Part shown: one piece after another, positions 31,301-40,822 of the stretch
How the letters are laid out: each line of letters begins with the position of its first letter
Position numbering within the stretch: position 1 is the stretch's first letter
Assembly (NCBI RefSeq): GCF_038871235.1
Contig: NZ_JAVZIN010000003.1
Coordinates: forward strand, 32,001-96,000
DNA: 64,000 nucleotides
Direction: 5' to 3'
Source: Candidatus Hadarchaeum sp.
Lineage (GTDB): Archaea; Hadarchaeota; Hadarchaeia; Hadarchaeales; Hadarchaeaceae
Position numbers and translations under genes: made by a program
Notes under the pieces: model-generated
What the model was told of the DNA's origin: nothing
What the model saw: the letters and a program-made list of their open reading frames with translations, nothing else
Database searches by the model: none

Positions 31301-31410
31301 CCGTGCACCCGAGAAGAAGACCCTAGGGCCCGAAAAAATGCTTTTCTTATTTTTAATCTATCTAATTTCGACACAAAAATTGATATATTTAGAAGGATGT
31401 TGATAGTACA

Positions 31411-31767
31411 GTGGTAAAGATGTCAGAGAGTTCTGGAAGAAAAGATGGCGCCGGTAGCAGCTTAGTTCATAAACTGGTCAAAAGTGAGCTGGAGTACCTC
31501 TTTTTGGCTTTGCTAATGAGGCGGCCGATGTGCGGCACCGACATCATTAAGGAAATCCATGTAAAGTTCGGTCTGTTGCTCAGCCCAGGCACGGTTTATC
31601 CATTGTTACATGATTTGGAGACAAGAGGATTGATACAACATGAGCCGGGGACGAAGATAAAGATCTATAGTACGGTCAAAGGGATGAGGCAGAAAATCAA
31701 AGACATGTTGGAACAGCGAATCAGTGACCTGAAGCAGGTTATTGAATTTCTCCTGCAGGGCGAATGA
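31411..31767 (+). CDS. PadR-family transcriptional regulator
   Basis: RPMCGTDII, LSPGTVYPLLHDLE. Confidence 0.9.
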   Translation: MVKMSESSGRKDGAGSSLVHKLVKSELEYLFLALLMRRPMCGTDIIKEIHVKFGLLLSPGTVYPLLHDLETRGLIQHEPGTKIKIYSTVKGMRQKIKDMLEQRISDLKQVIEFLLQGE

Positions 31768-31785
31768 GATCAGGCATTTAGTCAA

Positions 31786-32757
31786 TCAGGTCCTTTGGAT
31801 GGACTCAAGAAGATATCTCTGGGCGGCGATGAAATCATTTATCCTGCTCTCCGCCAGCGCTCGACCCTGCTCGGTGAGGACATAAATCTTGGACCGCATT
31901 GATTCTCCCTTCATTATCGTGACCAGACCCCGGGCCTCAAGTGAATAGAGAAGGGAGTAAACAGTTCCTTGGCTAAGCGAGGTGTAGTAGCGCTGGTAGA
32001 TGGTCTTGATGACGTCATAGCCGCACATAGGGCGCTCGCTCAGCATAGAGAGTACAATGGTTTCCAGATGCCGCTTGACGAAGTGCTCTAGGGATTCCTT
32101 CGGGGCCAGCTCGAGTTCGGGGATTTCTCTTCGGGACCTGAAGTTCAGCGCTAGGGTGTTTGTTCCATCAACTGTGGAGATCATTACGTTCCTGTTAATT
32201 TCAAGCAGCGTTTTGATTTCCTCCTCATTTAGTGATTCTAGATTGAACGCTACTATTGCCGTGCGCAAAATTGGCTGTCTTTTTCTCTCCTGCGGCGGCG
32301 TGAAGAACTCTTCCTTCCTAGCCATCAGTTCCTTCAGAAAAGTGAACGCTTTACCGAAACTGTGTCGGGTGAGAAGGGCACCGAAATCTACCAAGACTCT
32401 GGCTGCGCATTTTTCGGAGCGGGACCTAGCGCACAGCTCTTTCAGCTTTTCACCCAGCTCCTCGATTTCCTTGGGAAGATATCCCTTGCCCAATGGGAAC
32501 TTCAACAGCCTGCCACTGGACAGGGCCTCGCCGAAGATCGTCTCCAGCTGCAGCTTATTGTTTGACTCGTCGTACGCGTAGAGGCAGGTTTCGCCATTAG
32601 CTAGGCCGCTGTCAATGAAGGAGCCAAAAGACCGCCAGACATCCACCCCTGGGCTGTAAAGGAGCAGCGAGCATTCGTTGACCAAGAGTTCGTTGACTAG
32701 TAGCACCTTTTTATCGAGCGGAATCGTGGCTGCGTTCCTAGGTATCGCCATAACCAC
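31786..32757 (-). CDS. MEDS-like sensory domain fused to a PadR DNA-binding domain
   Basis: N-terminal LLY...FIDSGLANGETCLY and RVLVD resemble MEDS; C-terminal RPMCGYDVI...SQGTVYSLLYSLE...YVLTEQG. Confidence 0.8.
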   Translation of the reverse strand: MVMAIPRNAATIPLDKKVLLVNELLVNECSLLLYSPGVDVWRSFGSFIDSGLANGETCLYAYDESNNKLQLETIFGEALSSGRLLKFPLGKGYLPKEIEELGEKLKELCARSRSEKCAARVLVDFGALLTRHSFGKAFTFLKELMARKEEFFTPPQERKRQPILRTAIVAFNLESLNEEEIKTLLEINRNVMISTVDGTNTLALNFRSRREIPELELAPKESLEHFVKRHLETIVLSMLSERPMCGYDVIKTIYQRYYTSLSQGTVYSLLYSLEARGLVTIMKGESMRSKIYVLTEQGRALAESRINDFIAAQRYLLESIQRT

Positions 32758-32847
32758 CCACCTGCCTTTTCCGATTGGTCATCGTGATTTTCCCTTCCTT
32801 ATTAAACCCAGTCTCTGTCTTGACGTTTAAGCTGTTTGAAAGTCTCA

Positions 32848-34719
32848 TTAAATCTCCTCCTCGACTTGAATTACCTCCATGAAGCGTCTCATCATCTCCA
32901 GCTGCTTGGGCTCGAGGGCCAGCGGCGACACGGGGACGATGAGCCTAGCGCGATTAACTACGGTGATTTCCCTAATGTCGTGCATCATCTTCAGCGTCAG
33001 ATCAAAGCCATTAGTGGTAATCAGGTATTCTAGGCCCTCGAGCATGACGACCGCATTCTCCTTTTTAGAGACAAATGCCGAGATCCGGTCCCTGATGATT
33101 CCGAGGTTCGATGGGGAAATCGCGTCTTCCACCTCCACTTTGGAAAGCCAGAGTATGGTGATGCGTTCAGGAATGTTGTGTTCTCTCCTAGCGTGTGCTG
33201 GATGTGATGTAGTTATGATGAGCCCTGGGTTTCCAAAACGCACCAAATCGAAGAACATCCTGAAGGCGTGTTTTGAACTCTTTCCTTCCACAAGATAGCA
33301 CTTTCCCGCAATTAGGGGAAGATAGGTACCTGAAATTTGAACACCTTTAGGAATAGCTTCGATGATCCCATAGTGCTGCAGAAAACCGCCGTACCTGCGC
33401 AGCAGTTCGGAGAAAATCTCCGATCCTATCTCCGAGGCTTTTTTTATACCCAGATCGCTTTTGGCAGCATCATAACAGATGTTAGCAGCGATCGAAAATG
33501 CTCTCACAATTTCTTGCATGCCCTCTTTGAACTTTGCTTTAGATAGATATCGGTAAAGTTTGCTCAGGTCGAACTTTCCCTCATCAGAAAGTATAATTCT
33601 GCCTAGAACCGGGTTCTTGCTCGCCAGTTCACTTAACTTCTTTTTCATCTCAATTTTCGACGACTTCTTGCATTTGCTCAACAACAATTCCAGATAGCGT
33701 TTGAATAGGATGTAGGCGAAGTTGCTGGCTTTGTCCGCGTCAGCTACCCCTTCAGGCAGCCCGATGACTAAATCCCTTTCGTAAACAGCCTCGTTGTATT
33801 TACCCAGAGGAACTCCCGCCTTCCAGAGTGCTATATCGTCCCGGTATAGTTCCGCCTCGGTGGCCACCAGGTAGTTCGCTTGATTCGGTGAGGTGAGCAC
33901 TGCGTAGAGGTCTATAATGGTGGTATTTAGGTCGGAAAAAGCGTTGAAAAGTTCTTGGGTTCTTTCGCTCTCGTGAATTCGTTTGCTGTTTTTTATTAAC
34001 TGGTCTACGTTGAGCAATCCACTCTCGATAATTTTGTCCCCGAAAAGTATGGGGTGTTCTTCAATGCACTGAGATATGGTATCCTCGACACCAGAGGCGC
34101 CGATGACAGGTATAATGTGCGCCAGAAATCTGTTCGTTAGGTTTGAATAAGCCACTAAGGTTTGGATGTCGTTCTGGACCATTTTAGCTTCTAGGATTTT
34201 CAGAGATGGAGTACTCGAAACTAGGAAGAGTTTCCTTTCCGCGATGACTAAGCAAACAAACACAACTATCCAAATAGTCTCGCTTCCGACGCTGTACCAG
34301 TTGAACCCCTCAGTAACCGTTTGAAAGAAAAATAGCAGATAAATGGGTATTCCTAAGAGCAGTACAACCGTTCCAATTAAAGACCACTTGGAACTCGATA
34401 GACTTAGCACATTCCGCAGAGAGCCGTAGATTTTTTTAAATGAATTGATTTTCCAAGCTTGGCCCATTGAAATTAAGACCGTTCCGGCCACCCAAAGTAG
34501 TGCCGCCGTGTAAGCTAGTTCGTTGATGTAATTTAAAAAAATGACCACGGCCATGGACGCCATTGAAAGCAAGAAACAGGTTGCCCCTACAGTGGTCATG
34601 ATCAGGGCCGCGGAATATCTGGTCCTCTTCATGTTTTCAATGGAGTAGATTACAAAGACTAGCGCTAGGATTAAGAGTACCATACCGAGGAACAGAGCAA
34701 AAAATTCTGGGGGGCTCAT
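32848..34719 (-). CDS. Five-TM membrane protein with C-terminal DUF835 (inactive KaiC-fold) domain
   Basis: Five TM helices; C-terminal GLIITTSHP, ILWLS, ISPSNL, VMLEGLEYLITTNGF. Confidence 0.85.
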   Translation of the reverse strand: MSPPEFFALFLGMVLLILALVFVIYSIENMKRTRYSAALIMTTVGATCFLLSMASMAVVIFLNYINELAYTAALLWVAGTVLISMGQAWKINSFKKIYGSLRNVLSLSSSKWSLIGTVVLLLGIPIYLLFFFQTVTEGFNWYSVGSETIWIVVFVCLVIAERKLFLVSSTPSLKILEAKMVQNDIQTLVAYSNLTNRFLAHIIPVIGASGVEDTISQCIEEHPILFGDKIIESGLLNVDQLIKNSKRIHESERTQELFNAFSDLNTTIIDLYAVLTSPNQANYLVATEAELYRDDIALWKAGVPLGKYNEAVYERDLVIGLPEGVADADKASNFAYILFKRYLELLLSKCKKSSKIEMKKKLSELASKNPVLGRIILSDEGKFDLSKLYRYLSKAKFKEGMQEIVRAFSIAANICYDAAKSDLGIKKASEIGSEIFSELLRRYGGFLQHYGIIEAIPKGVQISGTYLPLIAGKCYLVEGKSSKHAFRMFFDLVRFGNPGLIITTSHPAHARREHNIPERITILWLSKVEVEDAISPSNLGIIRDRISAFVSKKENAVVMLEGLEYLITTNGFDLTLKMMHDIREITVVNRARLIVPVSPLALEPKQLEMMRRFMEVIQVEEEI

Positions 34720-35603
34720 TTCTCGCGAACCTCCATTACCCTCTCAAGCGCAAGAGCTTGCTCCTCGGTAAGCTTTTTTGGGTCAATTGAGAGTATCAGG
34801 ATCAACCTCTTTTTAACGCACAGGTCTTTTAGTTCCCTGAGGAATTCAAGAGCTACCTTAAAACTATTGACCAGCTTTATCTCGTTGAAACAGTCAAACA
34901 TCACCACCGAGCCAAGGTCAATCTTTGAGACCAAGAACTTCAGCCCCTCTAAATCATCAGGCAGTATCGATTTTTCCTTAGTTTTGCTGAAAGTCAGCCA
35001 GACGATTTGGACGTTTTTCACCCTGTATCTATGTTTTACCTTGTTCGGTTCGAGTTTGCTCACCCAGAGGACCTTAAATGAGTATTGAACCGCTTCCCTT
35101 ATCATCGCATAGCTTTTTTCCGGTTTTTCCTCTTGCAGAAGATGCACCGAACCCGGACGCATCATTTCAAAAATTGGCGGCAGTTTGGTATTTTTAGATA
35201 GTTTCCCAATAACGCTGTAAGCGGAGAGAAGACCGCCGTGATCTCGTAGCATCTGGCGCAACCAAATATCTGCGGCCGGTGAACTTGATTTGAATTCCAG
35301 ATAGGTTTCGACGAACAAATCCTTGTAAGGCTCAGAAAGATTAGGTTCCATCTGATCGCCGAGATAAACGAGAATTTTTCTTACAGTTTCGGGCAGATTT
35401 AGAGAGCTTAGAGTAGATGTGTTCAATAAAATATTTCCCTTTTCGTCCAAGTGAACTGTATCACTGAGGTCAACGTTTTTAAGAAATTTTTGGAATTCTA
35501 TAACATTTTCTCCCAGCTCCTTTCCAGGTAGGCTCAGCAGTAACTCTCGCAGGAACGATTTCAAAGTTGATATGGATGGTACTTCGGAAGTAGGTTTCTC
35601 CAT
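34716..35603 (-). CDS. Soluble DUF835-domain protein
   Basis: LLQEEKPEKSY, VWLT, VMFDCFNEIKLVNSF, SIDP. Confidence 0.8.
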   Translation of the reverse strand: MEKPTSEVPSISTLKSFLRELLLSLPGKELGENVIEFQKFLKNVDLSDTVHLDEKGNILLNTSTLSSLNLPETVRKILVYLGDQMEPNLSEPYKDLFVETYLEFKSSSPAADIWLRQMLRDHGGLLSAYSVIGKLSKNTKLPPIFEMMRPGSVHLLQEEKPEKSYAMIREAVQYSFKVLWVSKLEPNKVKHRYRVKNVQIVWLTFSKTKEKSILPDDLEGLKFLVSKIDLGSVVMFDCFNEIKLVNSFKVALEFLRELKDLCVKKRLILILSIDPKKLTEEQALALERVMEVREK

Positions 35604-35641
35604 ATCTGTCCCTCGCCAATTATCGAGAGCAGTCTTTTTTT

Positions 35642-36382
35642 CTAAAGTGAGGCCTTGCCATAGATTCTTTCGCCCTCGCTACTTGTGGGTAGGGATTTTT
35701 CCTTTGTCTCTCCCTCGAATTTTAGTGATAAGGCCCATGCAATGGCAATGAAGGCAAGGGTACTTATTATCCCGCCTAGAGGCGGATAGTTAACATACTG
35801 GACTAAAAGCATGTTAGTAATCGAGACGGCGACGACATAGAAGACAAAGTAACTGATCAGCAGAAGCCTGTATTTTTTTCTCAGCAGTTCTGTCGTGGCG
35901 GCTCTAATTAAATTGATCCCCACGATCAAATTTGCCAAAATGTAGATCAAATTGAAAAAGACAGCGATTGCGAAATACCAAGTTGTGGCATACCCGTAGC
36001 TCCAGCCAAATTCAGTCCAAAAAATTTTGAAAGGCATGGTTGAAAGGGTAATTACGTCCATAATTAAGGCCGGGGTCAATACTAACAGGTTTTTCCAGGT
36101 TTGTTTTTTTAGCATAAGGAAAGTGATTAGTAAAAAGGCTGGAAAAGTGAAGCCAAAAACAGCGCCTAGGGTGATGAAATCAGCGGACAGCTCGGCAGTA
36201 GGGGCATTTCTATGTAAAAAAGCCATCAGAATCCATAGCCCGGCGAAGAGCCCGTAAAGAAAGAAAGATCGGTAGATCCAACTTTTTGGATTCCTCATGA
36301 TTAGGAAAAATGAAACCACGAAAATCAGACCGCTACCGATTAGGTATTGGAGGGTGATTGGAATGAAATACCAGTCAGCCAA
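35642..36382 (-). CDS. Stand-alone 7TM sensor domain (HisKA_7TM-like), no kinase
   Basis: Seven hydrophobic helices; RNPKSWIYRSFFL, GWSYG extracellular loop, RKKYRLL, PPLG. Confidence 0.75.
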   Translation of the reverse strand: MADWYFIPITLQYLIGSGLIFVVSFFLIMRNPKSWIYRSFFLYGLFAGLWILMAFLHRNAPTAELSADFITLGAVFGFTFPAFLLITFLMLKKQTWKNLLVLTPALIMDVITLSTMPFKIFWTEFGWSYGYATTWYFAIAVFFNLIYILANLIVGINLIRAATTELLRKKYRLLLISYFVFYVVAVSITNMLLVQYVNYPPLGGIISTLAFIAIAWALSLKFEGETKEKSLPTSSEGERIYGKASL

Positions 36383-36384
36383 GT

Positions 36385-38004
36385 TTACACGCTCCTAAGC
36401 ATTTCGATGTCATCGCTTTTATCGCTACTGGCTATTTTTGGTGGCTTTATATTTCCGATTGGGACTCCCTCCTTCATTTTTTTCATAGAATACCTCATGA
36501 AGGCGCCCTTTTTAAGGTACTGAACTTCGATTATTTCATGAGGTTCCTTAATCCCGAAATCATCCACGTAATTTTTAAACTCTGGATTTATCCGGTAAAG
36601 GGCATTGAATAAGGCCTCCGCGGTTTTTTTCTCAGAGTAATCCCAATCCGGCTCCATCAAAAGGAGCAGGTGTTCCTTCGGGTCGGTCGCCTTTGCCAAG
36701 CACCACCTGTCGGTTTCCTTAAGGCCGGCCTCAAAGAGGGCTTTGACCGCAATGGCCTGCGAGACCCTGAAGTAACCATAGATATCGATGACCTCGTTTT
36801 TTCTGCCCTCAAATTCAAAGATGGGCAGACCGTCGTCCCTAAAGTCCACGACCTTGAATTTATCCTCGATATTGTACCTCATCAGCATGGTTCCGAAAGG
36901 CGTGCCGACGAGTTCGTATATTTCTCCCTTTTTCAGTTCGTCGATCTTTTTTATCTCCCCTGATTCGGTTAAAAACTCAAAATACATGTTGCGCAGGTCA
37001 GGAATCAAGTCCAGCTTTCTGTCGGCATGTCCGTACATTACCATCCCGAATTCCGTACTGCCATAGGCGTTGGTGGGGATGACCCCAAATTCCTCCTTGA
37101 TATGGTCGAGATACAGTCGCGTGTCATATCCACCTAGACCGATTCCCTTTACTGGCAGCACCTCTCTCGCTTTGTTGTATTTTTTCCCCTTAATTTTGCA
37201 CTGGAGATACTTCAAAAAGAGCAGGAATTTTGTTACCCCCAAGTTCATCGATTGGTAATAGTCCTTGAAAAATTCATCGGGTTTAGTGAAATATTGTGCC
37301 ATCATGTAGAAGGTGGAGGCAATTCCCCCGGCGATGTCGATTCTGGCCCCCTTTTCAATTTCCTTGATGATGATCCACATCTTCTTCCGCATGTTGCTGA
37401 TGTTGTCGGTAACTGTGCGAGGCGGAATCGGCCTGAGTAGCTTTTCAATTGGATGCATCTGATAGCCTGAAGCGTAAGGCGCCGGCGCTACTATGTTAAG
37501 ATAAGTGTCCCCCCTGCGTAGCTTGGTGTCACCAGGTTTCTCGCTACAAGTTATTATTAGGTAAGTGGTTAGGCTTTCCCATTCTCCGCGGAAGCTCTTT
37601 CCATAGGCCAACCATTTGCTTTTTCCGCTACTACCAGAGGTCTTGGCGCAGAAGTCGAACTCTTCAGGCAACCACCCGTCGAGCATTGGGGCAACCATCC
37701 GGCTTATTCGCTGATAGTAGTCCCACCAGAGTTCCCCATTCTGCCTAGGTACGGTCCTGCTGAGCAGCTCCACCTTTTCACCGAACTCATGTAGAATGGG
37801 ATAATCCTCATAGGTCGTCAGCGGTACCTCTTCAAAGCTCTTGACACCCTGAGGACAAAGCTTCGCGGCCATTTTTGTCTGCTGCCATCTTTTAAAGTAT
37901 TCATCCCGGGCTTGGAGATTGAATTCCAGCTGTTCGGAAAATGATTTTTCAAGGAAAGAGCAATGCTCCTTCCACAGCTCCTCGCCTTCCCCCATAGAGA
38001 CCAT
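36385..38004 (-). CDS. GH3-family acyl acid-amido synthetase
   Basis: VPLTTYEDY, TSGSSGKSK P-loop, AYGSTEFG, YFEF, YELV.T, MRYNIED, FEGRK. Confidence 0.85.
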   Translation of the reverse strand: MVSMGEGEELWKEHCSFLEKSFSEQLEFNLQARDEYFKRWQQTKMAAKLCPQGVKSFEEVPLTTYEDYPILHEFGEKVELLSRTVPRQNGELWWDYYQRISRMVAPMLDGWLPEEFDFCAKTSGSSGKSKWLAYGKSFRGEWESLTTYLIITCSEKPGDTKLRRGDTYLNIVAPAPYASGYQMHPIEKLLRPIPPRTVTDNISNMRKKMWIIIKEIEKGARIDIAGGIASTFYMMAQYFTKPDEFFKDYYQSMNLGVTKFLLFLKYLQCKIKGKKYNKAREVLPVKGIGLGGYDTRLYLDHIKEEFGVIPTNAYGSTEFGMVMYGHADRKLDLIPDLRNMYFEFLTESGEIKKIDELKKGEIYELVGTPFGTMLMRYNIEDKFKVVDFRDDGLPIFEFEGRKNEVIDIYGYFRVSQAIAVKALFEAGLKETDRWCLAKATDPKEHLLLLMEPDWDYSEKKTAEALFNALYRINPEFKNYVDDFGIKEPHEIIEVQYLKKGAFMRYSMKKMKEGVPIGNIKPPKIASSDKSDDIEMLRSV

Positions 38005-38136
38005 ATCTCCCGAAAGTCCGGGCGTTATTTAAGGTAATGTTTTAGTTTCTGAAACTTCCCCTTTATAAATCGCTGTGGGCGCTGAAAAATTGCCTTATCT
38101 ATCAAAGTTTTCCAAAAATCATTTTGAAATTCGGGA

Positions 38137-38832
38137 CTACTCATAAACCGGTCCGAGGACTTCTAATCCACCCTCATTGACCAAAAGCTGGTGCTTCTTC
38201 ATGGAGTGCCTGCAGGCGCGCATCTTCCTGATCTGAATGTATCTGGTGACGAGTTCCGGGGTCTCAATCACACCCAGTTCGATGACCCCATCAGCGAGAT
38301 AGGATTCCGGAATATGTCTTCTTCCCTCACCCACAACCTGAGCCTCTTGAATGATGAATGAGGTCAAGCCGCTGTCCCTAAGCAGGTTGAAAAAGTGGTA
38401 ACTTTCTCTCCTCAGGTTATCCGTCTTAGCTAGGGTCTGCAGGGCATTCAGGGAGTCAAGGCAGAAGACGGTGAACTTTTCCTTCATCTCCTCCTTGTAG
38501 AACTTGATCACGTCTTCAGTGATGCTCAGCATATTTAGCGACGGTTCTTCTTCCCGCCACTCCTTACGGATGTCTTGATAGTCAAAGATCTGAAGATGAT
38601 CCGGTTTCTTGATTCCCAAGCTTTCCATGTTTCTCAGGTGACTTTCCTTCGACTCTTCAAGTGTAACATATACTCCGAACTCATCCCTGTGTTTATTCAG
38701 GTAGTTAGAGAGAACGTTGTAAACAAAGCTGGATTTCATCGATCCCACTCCACCGGTCACCAGTATCACGTAGCCCTTGGGTATATCATTCCTCAAGACG
38801 TTATCCAGCCCTTTTACAGTGTCACGGAGCAT
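38137..38832 (-). CDS. Single-domain KaiC/RAD55-like ATPase
   Basis: GLD, Walker A GGVGSMKS, YVTLEES, LDSL, ADGVIEL, IRKMR. Confidence 0.9.
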   Translation of the reverse strand: MLRDTVKGLDNVLRNDIPKGYVILVTGGVGSMKSSFVYNVLSNYLNKHRDEFGVYVTLEESKESHLRNMESLGIKKPDHLQIFDYQDIRKEWREEEPSLNMLSITEDVIKFYKEEMKEKFTVFCLDSLNALQTLAKTDNLRRESYHFFNLLRDSGLTSFIIQEAQVVGEGRRHIPESYLADGVIELGVIETPELVTRYIQIRKMRACRHSMKKHQLLVNEGGLEVLGPVYE

Positions 38833-38905
38833 GGGTTCGCCACTAATGGCTTTTCAATGTGATTATAAACCCTTTTCTTTCAGCCCTTGCAACAAATCCG
38901 GTGGT

Positions 38906-39586
38906 TCAGAACTCGCCATGTGGATAGCGGCCGGATTTTCGACGCTTTTTCAGCTTTGCCCGAACAGGCAGTATCAGCAGGGCGCCGGCAACGAACCCAC
39001 CTATGTGTGCCCAGTAGGCGACGCCCTCTGAGATTCCGGTTAACCAAGTCACCGAGGCTGAGAACACCTGTAGCAGGAACCAGAATCCTAGGAAGAAAAT
39101 CGCCGGGACCATGATTATCCTCCAGAAAAGATAGATTCCTACCGCCGTGTAGACCCGGGCTCTGGGGTAGAGCACGAGATAGGCTCCCAGCACCCCTGAA
39201 ATGGCCCCCGAGGCGCCTATAGTGGGTATCTCTGAGCTAGGGTCGGTCAGAGCGTGAATGAGGCTTGCAATTACACCCGTTCCCAGATAGAAAGCCAGAA
39301 ATTTGCCGTGGCCTAGGGCATCCTCAACGTTATCGCCGAAGATGTAGAGGTAAAGCATGTTCCCCAAGATGTGTAGGATTCCGCCGTGGAGAAACATCGA
39401 GATGAACAGCGTTTCAAGCCTTTTGCCCGCGAGCACCTCGGTTGGTCTCATCCCATAGAGCTCAATAGTGCTTTCAAACGTCCCGGTGAGCAGCGTGAGC
39501 ACGAATATGGCAATGTTGATTACAATCAGCGCGATATTAACGTAGGGAAACCGCGAGCTGGGATTTTCATCCTTAAGGGGAAACAC
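38906..39586 (-). CDS. Rhomboid intramembrane serine protease
   Basis: HILGNM, GASGA catalytic Ser, AHIGG catalytic His. Confidence 0.93.
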   Translation of the reverse strand: MFPLKDENPSSRFPYVNIALIVINIAIFVLTLLTGTFESTIELYGMRPTEVLAGKRLETLFISMFLHGGILHILGNMLYLYIFGDNVEDALGHGKFLAFYLGTGVIASLIHALTDPSSEIPTIGASGAISGVLGAYLVLYPRARVYTAVGIYLFWRIIMVPAIFFLGFWFLLQVFSASVTWLTGISEGVAYWAHIGGFVAGALLILPVRAKLKKRRKSGRYPHGEF

Positions 39587-39592
39587 CGCAAT

Positions 39593-40069
39593 TCACCGCT
39601 GCTTTCTCCCAGGGTTCACCACGATGACGGCCTCCCTAAATTTCTGATTGGGCACGATGATTAGTCTGCCGTCCGGGATCCTTAGCTTTGTGACCGTCAG
39701 CGAGATTTCCACGACCGTTCCCCGTTTCCCCTCTATTTCAACTTCAGTCCCCACTTTGATGTTTTTATCCCCTATCAGCGAGATTCCGGCGAGGATGTTG
39801 GATATCCACACATCCTTAACGGCGAAAAGTAGAACGGCGCTGATGGTGCTGAAGGCTAGGAATAGCTCTACTATCGCTTGAATTACCCCCCAGACGTTGA
39901 GGAGGTAAAGAAAGACCACGATGGTGAAGATCATTGATAGGGAATTTGACAACCGCTGGTGCCCCACCATTATCTTTAGCTTTCTCCGGAATAGGCTACC
40001 CAGAACTGCCCAGAATATAACGATGATAGCGACAACAATGAGAGTGGTCAGAATCTGTGACTCCCACAT
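39593..40069 (-). CDS. Small MscS-family protein (TM plus beta domain)
   Basis: ISNILAG, VGTEVEI, GTVVEI, IIVPN. Confidence 0.82.
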   Translation of the reverse strand: MWESQILTTLIVVAIIVIFWAVLGSLFRRKLKIMVGHQRLSNSLSMIFTIVVFLYLLNVWGVIQAIVELFLAFSTISAVLLFAVKDVWISNILAGISLIGDKNIKVGTEVEIEGKRGTVVEISLTVTKLRIPDGRLIIVPNQKFREAVIVVNPGRKQR

Positions 40070-40129
40070 GCTCTCCCAGTGTTTATTGTTAGGTTAAATA
40101 TAAATCGGTGAAAGTCTTTCTGGATTTCC

Positions 40130-40822
40130 ATGTTGAATTTGATCGTCGCGGACGCCGAGGTTGAAACGGTTCCAGAGGAGATCGCCAATCATCGCGTTAT
40201 CAGGTGGTACGCTAGGCAGAAGGGAAGACGGCCAGTTGAAATTATTCTCAACTCTGGGTTACATCATGCGGCGATGAGGAAGCTTGCTGATGGCGACCGG
40301 CGCGGCAGGCCTGACATCGCCCACATGTGTCTGTTGTTGGCCTTGGACGCGCCGCTGAACCGTGAGGGACTTCTCCGCGTTTACGTCCACACGAGGCAAA
40401 ATATGGTTATTACCGTTGATCCGTCCACTCGGTTACCTAGGATGCTCAACCGCTTTGAAGGCCTCCTCGAGCAGCTCTTTCTTACTGGTGAGGCCCCACC
40501 GGGAAAACCGCTGCTGAGGTTGGAAAGAGCAACGCTGGGGGGACTGGTGAGCAGATTACGGCCTAAGAAGACCATTACCTTCAGTGACAAGGGCCAAATG
40601 AAACCGCTGGCTGAGGTTTTTTCTGGGCTTTGCATAAAGGACAATATCTGTGTTTTGGTCGGAGGATTCCCCAGCGGTGATTTTATCTCAGATATAGGCT
40701 CGATTTCCGATGAGCAGGTTTGTATAGACCCTGACCTCCTCACGGCCCCCACAGTAGTTTCCCGGGCAATTTATGCCTATGAAGAGGCGTTGGGAATCGT
40801 TAGGTCTAGATTGGGTAGATGA
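40130..40822 (+). CDS. nep1: 16S rRNA pseudouridine N1-methyltransferase Nep1
   Basis: RGRPDIAH, RLPR..RFEGLLEQL, VGGFPSG. Confidence 0.93.
   Translation: MLNLIVADAEVETVPEEIANHRVIRWYARQKGRRPVEIILNSGLHHAAMRKLADGDRRGRPDIAHMCLLLALDAPLNREGLLRVYVHTRQNMVITVDPSTRLPRMLNRFEGLLEQLFLTGEAPPGKPLLRLERATLGGLVSRLRPKKTITFSDKGQMKPLAEVFSGLCIKDNICVLVGGFPSGDFISDIGSISDEQVCIDPDLLTAPTVVSRAIYAYEEALGIVRSRLGR

Noticed and set aside
35604-35644. TAG stop of the 7TM gene followed by an A7 run: possible amber readthrough or frameshift fusion to the DUF835 gene
   Set aside because: The 38-nt gap puts readthrough out of frame. The A-run lies after the stop, the downstream gene has its own RBS and ATG, and no pyl genes are in the window.
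21364-38832. Integrative element inserted at tRNA-Gly
   Set aside because: No integrase or transposase, and no duplicated tRNA 3' end (att site) was seen. Treated only as an accessory region.
38826-38856. ATGGGTTCGCCACTAATGGC resembling a fluoride riboswitch
   Set aside because: It lacks the 5' GGCGATG stem partner, is antisense to and overlaps the KaiC start codon, and has no downstream gene on that strand.
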